Positions 57,300 through 64,000 of a stretch of 64,000 nucleotides of DNA are shown piece after piece. Under the pieces are notes generated by a model that was not told the DNA's origin, searched no databases, and saw only the letters and a list, made by a program, of their open reading frames with translations. Both the position numbers and the translations under genes were made by a program. Each line of letters starts with the position of its first letter. The stretch's first letter is position 1. This DNA is from Gemmatimonadota bacterium (lineage in GTDB: Bacteria > Gemmatimonadota > Gemmatimonadetes > Gemmatimonadales > GWC2-71-9): assembly GCA_009692185.1 (NCBI GenBank), contig SHZT01000014.1, positions 48-64,047 on the forward strand, written 5' to 3'.

Positions 57300-59504
57300 G
57301 TGACGGCGCCACCAGTCATTCGACTCACGATCGCATACGGGGCCGGCCTTTGGGTCGGCCTCGTTTTTTTGGTACCCAGCGTCGGAATGGTACTTGCGTT
57401 GGGCCTGGGGCTCCTCGCGGCGGCGACGCGCGGGCGAGTCCCGGCGCTCGCAGCGGTGGCCATCGGTCTCGCGACGAGTGCCACGGTGCAAGCGCGGGAC
57501 CAGCGGGGGTGCGCCGCGCACTGGAGGGCGGGCCCGCACGCGGCCATCCTCCGGATCCACGACCGCCCGGGCGCGCGTGGCACCACCACGGCGACGGTGC
57601 TGTTCGCCCGGGAAGGGTGCGATGGAATCATCCGCATTCGCCTGGCGAACCCTGTGCCTGGAGGCAGCCGGGTCGTAGCGACCGGTGTGAGTCGCGAGCC
57701 GGTCGTCTTTCAAATCACCCGCGTGCGGGTTCTGGGGGGTGGCCGAAGGTGGACGTATGTGGTGCGTGACGCCGTGGCCCGGCGGATCGATGCGCTCTAT
57801 GGCCCGCGGGCGCCGCTCGTCAGCGCGCTGATCCTCAACGACACCGACGACCTGGACCCGACACTCCGAAAGCAGTTCGCGGCGGCTGGTGTCGCGCACC
57901 TCTTGTCCATTTCCGGCCTGCACGTGGGGATCATGGCGGGCTGGGCGGTCATGCTGCTGAGGCTCGTCCTGCGGCGGCGGACCGCCATGCTTGCCGGGGC
58001 GGGGATCGCGTGGGCCTATGTCCTGCTGATCGGCTCGCCGGCGCCGGCCGTTCGCGCGGCCGCGTTCGTTTCGATTGCCGCGGCCGCTCGCGTGTTTCAG
58101 CGGCATCCGTCGCCCGGCGTGATCCTCACGGTGGCGGCGCTCGTCGTGCTGGCGGTTGATCCCGGCGCGGCGACCTCGGTGGGGGCGTGGCTCTTGGTCG
58201 CGGCGCTTTGGGGCTCGGACGCCGGGAGCCGTGCCGTTCCGGAAAAGTGGCGCAAGAGTCCGGGCGTGCTGATCACGGCCGCGTCGGTTGGCGCGACGAT
58301 TGCGACGGCGCCGATCACCGCGCTCACGTTCGGCGCGGTGGCGCCGGTCGGCATCGTGGCCAACCTGGTCGCCGTTCCACTCGGCGCGCTTGCGGTTCCC
58401 GCCGCGTTCGCGAGCCTGGCGGCCGGCTGGATGGCCACCGGCGCCGGGTTGGTTCTCGCGGGCACCGAACGGACAGCCGCGATTGCTGCCGCCATTCCCG
58501 GCGGGCACTTGAGCGGTGAGCCGGGCATCGCCTTCGCGCTTCCGTGGTGCGCTGTCCTGGCCGTGGCGCTTTGGGTGCGACACCGGTCTCCAACCTGGGT
58601 GGTGGCTCGCCGCCGATTGGTCGTGAGTCTCGCGGTGGGAGGCTGGGCGGCCGCGGTCCTGCCGTCGATTCCAATGAATGAGGGGCGCGGCCTGCTCGAG
58701 ATCGACGTGCTGGATGTGGGGCAGGGTGACGCGATCGCGATCCGGAGTCCGGAAGGTCACTGGGCCCTGATTGACGCGGGCCCACGAACGCCGATGAGCG
58801 ACGCCGGGCGGAGCGTCGTCCTGCCGTTCTTCCGGCGCCGAGGCGTGGAGCACTTGAGCGCTCTTATCGCGAGTCACGGCGATGCGGATCACCTGGGCGG
58901 CGTACCGGTTGTCGAACGGGCCCTGAACCCCGGACTCGTGCTCGAGCCAGGCCAGCCCGTCCCCACGGCGCTCTACCTGGAGCACCTCGCCCTGATAGAC
59001 TCGGCCGGGCTGACATGGCGGGCCGCGCGGGCTGGTGACACGCTGGTCCTGGGGTCGGTTCAGCTTGCGGTCATTCACCCGACCGAAGCGTGGGTCGCGA
59101 CCCACGAATCGACCAATGAGAACGCGGTCGTGCTGTGGCTTCGGTATGGCGAGTTCGATGCGTTGTTCACCGGTGACATCGGGTTCCCGGCCGAATCGGC
59201 GCTGGCCGGCCGCATCGGGCCGGTCGAGGTCCTCAAGGTGGGCCACCACGGCTCGGCGGGGAGCAGTGGCGGACCGTGGCTCGACCGGCTCCGGCCTCGC
59301 GTGGCGGTGATCAGCGTGGGCAAGGAGAACCGGTATGGCCACCCGTCGCCCGCGGCGCTTGGACGGCTCCGGGAGCGCGGAATCGAGGTCCGGCGCACCG
59401 ACGAGGGCGGGACGGTGACCATTCGGAGCGACGGACGCTATTTTTGGGTTACGCGGCCGCCCACCTCTCTTCCGGAGCGTTTGCATTGCCTGATCACGAG
59501 CTAG
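57300..59504 (+). CDS. comEC: DNA uptake competence protein ComEC/Rec2
   Basis: GVAHLLSISGLHVG, DVGQGDA, SHGDADHLGG, KVGHHGS, YGHP. Confidence 0.93.
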   Translation: MTAPPVIRLTIAYGAGLWVGLVFLVPSVGMVLALGLGLLAAATRGRVPALAAVAIGLATSATVQARDQRGCAAHWRAGPHAAILRIHDRPGARGTTTATVLFAREGCDGIIRIRLANPVPGGSRVVATGVSREPVVFQITRVRVLGGGRRWTYVVRDAVARRIDALYGPRAPLVSALILNDTDDLDPTLRKQFAAAGVAHLLSISGLHVGIMAGWAVMLLRLVLRRRTAMLAGAGIAWAYVLLIGSPAPAVRAAAFVSIAAAARVFQRHPSPGVILTVAALVVLAVDPGAATSVGAWLLVAALWGSDAGSRAVPEKWRKSPGVLITAASVGATIATAPITALTFGAVAPVGIVANLVAVPLGALAVPAAFASLAAGWMATGAGLVLAGTERTAAIAAAIPGGHLSGEPGIAFALPWCAVLAVALWVRHRSPTWVVARRRLVVSLAVGGWAAAVLPSIPMNEGRGLLEIDVLDVGQGDAIAIRSPEGHWALIDAGPRTPMSDAGRSVVLPFFRRRGVEHLSALIASHGDADHLGGVPVVERALNPGLVLEPGQPVPTALYLEHLALIDSAGLTWRAARAGDTLVLGSVQLAVIHPTEAWVATHESTNENAVVLWLRYGEFDALFTGDIGFPAESALAGRIGPVEVLKVGHHGSAGSSGGPWLDRLRPRVAVISVGKENRYGHPSPAALGRLRERGIEVRRTDEGGTVTIRSDGRYFWVTRPPTSLPERLHCLITS

Positions 59505-60490
59505 TTACCATCGAGCGGTTCATCCTCCGGCAGGAGAAACTGCACGGCGGAGCCACCGGCGAGCTATCCGACCTTCTCTACGACATTGCCCTCGCCGCGA
59601 AGGTGATCGCGCGGCAGGTGCGCGCGGCCGGTCTGATTGACGTGCTGGGCGCGGCGGGCAACCGCAACGTGCAGGGCGAGGACCAGCAAAAACTCGACGT
59701 CATTGCCAACGACGCGTTCAAGGACACAGTGGGGAATGGTGGCCGGGTGGTCGTCATGGTGTCGGAGGAGGACGACGGCCCGGTGCAGGCGACCAACGCC
59801 GAGCCCGGGAAATACGTCCTGCTCTACGATCCGCTGGATGGCTCGTCCAACATCGACGTGAACGTCTCCATCGGCACGATTTTCTCGATTCACCGGAGAG
59901 TGTCCAGCAAGGGGCCCGGCACCATGGAGGACTGTCTCCAGGCGGGCCGGAAACAGGTGGCAGCCGGTTACGTGCTGTACGGACCCAGCACCATGCTTGT
60001 GTACACGGCCGGTCACGGCGTCCACGCGTTCACGCTGGATCCCAACATCGGCGAATTCCTGTTGACGCGCGAAGACCTCCGGATTCCCGCGCGAGGCAAG
60101 TATTACAGCATCAACGAGAGCTACTGGACGAGCTGGGTGGATGGCGGGTATCGCAAGGTCGTGGACGCATTCAAGGGCGTGACGGGCAAGGGCGAGGAGC
60201 GGAACGCGCGCTACATCGGGTCGCTGGTTGCGGACTTCCACCGGAACATGCTGACGGGTGGTGTGTTCATGTACCCCGCCGAGGCCAAGGCACCGAAGGG
60301 CAAGCTGCGGCTGTTGTACGAGTCGGCGCCGCTGGCGTTCGTGGCCGAGCAGGCGGGCGGCGCGGCGACCGACGGATCCAAGCCGATTCTCGACATTGTG
60401 CCCAGGAGTCTGCATGAGCGGAGTCCGCTCGTGATTGGGTCGAAGGATGACGTCGAATTCATTACGCGAACACTTGCATCAGGTCACTGA
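59486..60490 (+). CDS. fbp: Fructose-1,6-bisphosphatase class 1
   Basis: NVQGEDQQKLD, SEE, DPLDGSSN, RYIGSLVADFHR, GKLRLLYE; TTG start with GGAG RBS. Confidence 0.95.
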   Translation: MPDHELVTIERFILRQEKLHGGATGELSDLLYDIALAAKVIARQVRAAGLIDVLGAAGNRNVQGEDQQKLDVIANDAFKDTVGNGGRVVVMVSEEDDGPVQATNAEPGKYVLLYDPLDGSSNIDVNVSIGTIFSIHRRVSSKGPGTMEDCLQAGRKQVAAGYVLYGPSTMLVYTAGHGVHAFTLDPNIGEFLLTREDLRIPARGKYYSINESYWTSWVDGGYRKVVDAFKGVTGKGEERNARYIGSLVADFHRNMLTGGVFMYPAEAKAPKGKLRLLYESAPLAFVAEQAGGAATDGSKPILDIVPRSLHERSPLVIGSKDDVEFITRTLASGH

Positions 60491-60507
60491 TCGGCCGGTG
60501 GGGTGAC

Positions 60508-62073
60508 ATGACCGACGAGCGCCTTACTCCCTCCGGCATCCCGGTCGACCCGGTGTATGGGCCCGCTTCTTCCGGTCCCGAACCCGAACCTCCCGGCCAG
60601 TTCCCCTACACCCGCGGCATCTACGCGAGCATGTACCGCGGGCGGCTATGGACCATGCGCCAGTACGCGGGGTTCGGGACGGCGACGGAGACCAACCGCC
60701 GGTTCCGCGATCTGCTGGCTGCCGGACAGACCGGCCTCTCCGTGGCGTTCGACCTTCCGACGCAGATGGGCTACGACTCGGACGCCGTGGTGGCCGAGGG
60801 GGAAGTCGGGCGGGCGGGGGTCGCGATTGATTCGGTGGAGGACCTGGCGGAGCTGTTCCGCGAGATTCCGCTGGACCAGGTCTCTACGTCCATGACGATC
60901 AACGCGACGGCTGCGATCCTGCTCGCGATGTACGTGGTCGTGGCGGAGGAGCGGGGCGTGCCGGCCGGCAAGCTGCGTGGCACAGTGCAGAACGACATCC
61001 TCAAGGAGTACGTCGCGCGGGGAACGTATATCTACCCGCCGGAAGCGTCGCTGCGGCTGGTGACGGATGTGTTCCGCTACGTCGTGGTCGAGGGGATGCC
61101 GTTCAACCCGATTTCGATCAGCGGCTATCACATGCGGGAGGCGGGAGCCACGGCGGTGCAGGAGGTGGCGTTCACGTTCGCGAACGCGATCGAGTACCTG
61201 GACTGCGCGAAGCGGGCGGGTCTCGACACCGACGCCATTGCGCCCCGTGTCTCGTTCTTCTTCGCCGCCCACAACGACCTGTTCCAGGAAGCGGCCAAGT
61301 TCCGCGCGGCGCGCCGGCTCTGGGCCCGGCTCGTGCGCGAGCGCTACCAGGGGAGCGGCGCGAGTTGTCTTCTCCGGTTTCACACCCAGACGGGCGGCTC
61401 GACGCTCACGGCCCAGCAGCCGCTCAACAACATCGTGCGGGTCGCGGTCCAGGCCATGGCTGCTGTCCTCGGCGGCACGCAATCGCTGCACACCAACTCG
61501 TACGACGAAGCGCTGGCGCTGCCGACGTCCGACTCCGCGCGGCTCGCGCTCCGGACCCAGCAGATCCTGGCGTACGAGTCGGGTGTGCCGCAGACGGTGG
61601 ATCCCTTGGGTGGGTCCTATTACGTGGAGCACCTCACCGCCACGATCGAGCGGGATGCCCGCGCGTTGATGGGTGAAGTGGAGCGGCGGGGCGGGGCGGC
61701 CAAGGCGATCGAGGGCGGGTTCTTCCAGGACGCGATCCACCGGTCGGCGTATGCTGCCCAACAGGCCACGGAGAGTGGGGACGTGGTCGTGGTGGGCGTT
61801 AACAAGTTCGAGAACGACGAGGGGCCGCCGGCGATTCACGCGCCGGACTACTCAGGGCTGGCGGTGGCCCAGCGAAAGCGGGTCGAGGCGGTGCGATCGA
61901 AGCGGGACGCCAAGGCGTGGGCCGCGGCGCTGGATGCGCTGGCCGCCGCCGCTCGCGGTGCGGAGCCCTTGATGCCGAAGATTGTTGTGGCCGTCCGGGC
62001 CCGGGCTACCGTGGGCGAGATCAGCGACGCGTTGCGGGCCGTGTGGGGGGTGCACCGGCCGGGCGCGGGCTAA
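60508..62073 (+). CDS. Methylmalonyl-CoA mutase-family large (substrate-binding) subunit
   Basis: FPYTRG, WTMRQYAGF, QNDILKEY, SGYHMREAG, SLHTNSYDEA; no B12-binding domain in this ORF. Confidence 0.92.
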   Translation: MTDERLTPSGIPVDPVYGPASSGPEPEPPGQFPYTRGIYASMYRGRLWTMRQYAGFGTATETNRRFRDLLAAGQTGLSVAFDLPTQMGYDSDAVVAEGEVGRAGVAIDSVEDLAELFREIPLDQVSTSMTINATAAILLAMYVVVAEERGVPAGKLRGTVQNDILKEYVARGTYIYPPEASLRLVTDVFRYVVVEGMPFNPISISGYHMREAGATAVQEVAFTFANAIEYLDCAKRAGLDTDAIAPRVSFFFAAHNDLFQEAAKFRAARRLWARLVRERYQGSGASCLLRFHTQTGGSTLTAQQPLNNIVRVAVQAMAAVLGGTQSLHTNSYDEALALPTSDSARLALRTQQILAYESGVPQTVDPLGGSYYVEHLTATIERDARALMGEVERRGGAAKAIEGGFFQDAIHRSAYAAQQATESGDVVVVGVNKFENDEGPPAIHAPDYSGLAVAQRKRVEAVRSKRDAKAWAAALDALAAAARGAEPLMPKIVVAVRARATVGEISDALRAVWGVHRPGAG

Positions 62074-62087
62074 GAGCCCGCGCTCGG
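62059..62087. terminator. Hairpin spanning the mutase stop codon
   Basis: CCGGGCGCGGGCT-AAG-AGCCCGCGCTCGG; no U-tract. Confidence 0.45.
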
Positions 62088-62180
62088 CGCGACGCTGAAG
62101 CGTGCCTTGGGCGCTTATTTCTTCGAGTCGTCCCCTCCCGCCCAGGTGATGAACAGCCATTTGCCGCCACTGTTGGACCG

Positions 62181-62546
62181 ATGCGGATCGTGCCGCGTCA
62201 AGGCGGTGCGGAGGATCTGCCCGATCAGACCGCTTCTGAAGACGCCGATCCGCAGGATCTAGTGATTACAAGAATCATGGATGAGGACAGGACTATAGAC
62301 GCCCTACAGCGAATCGGCATCAATACGGTCGAGCCCACGTACAAAGACGGGATCGTGTGGCGGATTCCACGAGCCCTTAGTCGCGAGGAGATCCGCTCAC
62401 GCTTGGCGCAGCTACCGCATGTTTTCGGAGCCGTCCACCTTTACTTCCACGCGGAGGCTCTGGAAACAGCGAAAGCGAATAGATGTCTCGAGTTCACGTT
62501 GCTACCATCCCCAGCGCCTGGATCCCTGCCAGCCCAAGGAGCGTGA
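62181..62546 (+). CDS. Hypothetical protein, possibly a 5'-truncated foreign gene
   Basis: Open frame in a visibly lower-GC patch next to the IS end; no recognised motif. Confidence 0.4.
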   Translation: MRIVPRQGGAEDLPDQTASEDADPQDLVITRIMDEDRTIDALQRIGINTVEPTYKDGIVWRIPRALSREEIRSRLAQLPHVFGAVHLYFHAEALETAKANRCLEFTLLPSPAPGSLPAQGA

Positions 62547-62566
62547 ACCATCCTTTTCGCTGCGCT

Positions 62567-63212
62567 TGAGCGGTCGGGAACATAGGTAACAGAAGTGTCC
62601 GGCAACATGGGTGACACTATCCAGGTCACTCCCGGATGCTGTAGTCGCGTTCATCCAGCGTCGCAATGAGCACGGTGGTGAAGTACAGGTACCACACCCC
62701 GTCGTCGACCTCATCGAGCCCCACCAGCTCCCCGGTGAGCGCGTTCGCGAGATAGAGCACGCGGGTGCCGAAGCGGAACGTCCCGCCCGTCGTGATCTTC
62801 TTGACGAGGTAGTGGCCTGGGTACTCCGGCTCCGGCAGCGGCTCCGGGTACGGGCGCGGGGAGGGCTGATAGCGCGACGCCGGCGTCTCCATCCCCAGTG
62901 ACTCGTGCGGCCGCTCGTCGTTGTATTCTGCCCGGAACGCGTTGAAGGCGCGCTGCTGCGCTCCCAGCGTGGCCCGCGCCGGGCGGATGGCGCGCCGCTT
63001 GAGCGTGCGATGCATCCGCTCGTGCGCGCCATTCTCGCTCGGCGTCGCCAGCGTGATGCGCTGGTGCTGAATCCCGAGCCGCATCCACCACACGTTGAGG
63101 CGGGAGAGCCCGTGGATGCTCGTCGTCGCGAAGGGCACCCCGTTGTCCGTGCGGAGCGCGCGCGGGAGCCCGTACTCGCGGAACGCCCACTCGAAGATCG
63201 GCCACGCCACTC
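62567..63212 (-). mobile_element. IS481-family insertion sequence remnant (3' half of transposase plus terminal IR)
   Basis: ORF 62626-63210 has YGLP..LRTDNG.PF, ENGAHERMHRTLK, YNDERPHESL. The end 62567-62616 carries the repeated AACAT(A/G)GGT(A/G)ACA subterminal motif typical of IS481. Confidence 0.88.
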
Positions 63213-63215
63213 GCC

Positions 63216-63491
63216 ATGGGGTTGTTCGCGATCGCGCCGCAGGGCGGTACAGGGACGCTCAACCGCGACTTCTCCGCCGTGCTCTCCGATGGCCGCGTCT
63301 ATTGCTACGACGCGTTCAAGTCCGTAAAATCCGCGGGAGGAATAGGGTTGGGCTCCGCGCACGGAATCGTGCTGCTCAGCCTTCCGACCAGTACGACCTT
63401 GAAGATCGAGAAGCAGGGAACCGACGGGACCCGCTGCGGTGCCGCGACAGCATACGCGTTCACCGTCAACGCCACCACCTTCGAGCGATAG
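63216..63491 (+). pseudogene. 3' remnant of a hypothetical exported protein
   Basis: Protein-like frame (NRDFSAV..DGRVYCY...TLKIEK...C...FER) begins abruptly at the IS truncation point. Confidence 0.45.
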
Positions 63492-63569
63492 GGTCGGCAG
63501 GGACGGCCCTTCCCTTCTACTCTCAACCCGGAGCCGCGATTGACTGAAACTGAAGGCGAGAGGGGACGT

Positions 63570-64000
63570 TTGACAGCCACGAGGGTCCGGTCCACGGCGG
63601 TGGGAGTCCTCCTCTCCGCGCTGATCGCCGCGTCGTGTGGGTCCGACGATGGCGCCGCGTCCGAACCACTTGGCAGTCAGGCGGCACCGACCCTCGTGTC
63701 TGGGCCGGCGCCGCGAGTCGTTCCCATGGGCACCACATGGACCTTTGCCGTCGTCGCCGCGGGGTCGCGCCTCGGCTACCAATGGCGAAAAAACGGGCAG
63801 GCCATTTCCGGCGCGACGGCGGCATCCTACGTCTTTTCTCCGGCATTCTTTTCGGACGGCGGCAGCGTGGACGTGGTGGTGAGCAACAGTGGCGGATCGG
63901 TGACCAGTGCGGCGGTGGACGTAAAGGTGGTGACCGCCCAGGGCCCCTGGACGCAGGACCTGAAGATTGCCGTGGGGGCCGACGCGAACCGCTTCGGCAC
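63570..64000 (+). CDS. Lipoprotein with Ig-like domain (runs off window end)
   Basis: TTG start; lipobox LIAASC; YQWRKNGQAISGATAASY...VVVSNSGGSVTS Ig motif; frame open to the end of the window. Confidence 0.8.
   Translation, partial: MTATRVRSTAVGVLLSALIAASCGSDDGAASEPLGSQAAPTLVSGPAPRVVPMGTTWTFAVVAAGSRLGYQWRKNGQAISGATAASYVFSPAFFSDGGSVDVVVSNSGGSVTSAAVDVKVVTAQGPWTQDLKIAVGADANRFG

Noticed and set aside
60508-62073. Mutase lacking a B12-binding domain as a pseudogene
   Set aside because: Split large and small subunit mutases are common and the ORF is intact.

Overview
A high-GC bacterial core-genome segment. Gene content, gene order and the protein fragments suggest Gemmatimonadota (inference). 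From start to end it holds: the 3' end of tmRNA; tilS-hpt-ftsH-folP-cdaA-DUF2723; an island of three type II toxin-antitoxin (TA) pairs mixed with gene remnants; yggS-punA-ileS-dksA-lspA-rluD-cheY; tRNA-Val and tRNA-Asp; the dcw cluster (rsmH..ftsZ), interrupted between murG and murC by a fourth, antisense TA pair; M23 peptidase, a hisA-like gene, ftsY, recG and a type IV pilin; asnS and mazG; the operon alr-deoB-cdd-eutN/ccmL-lipoprotein-outer membrane barrel-miaB-comEC-fbp-mcm; and finally an IS481 remnant plus fragments. No CRISPR array, prophage, retron or DGR is visible. The most unusual signals are: (i) dispersed palindromes with 7/8/9-nt periodic arms and REP-like doublets, several inserted in frame in housekeeping genes (ileS, mazG, recG, folP); (ii) a microcompartment vertex gene translationally coupled to nucleoside-salvage genes; (iii) TA pairs sitting stop-to-stop against essential genes, including inside dcw; (iv) a GVHH-motif IleRS2 with a histone-like tail; (v) repeated leaderless promoter architecture; and (vi) several abrupt gene-fusion junctions that are either deletion scars or assembly artefacts. 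All calls come from reading motifs by eye; no database search was run.
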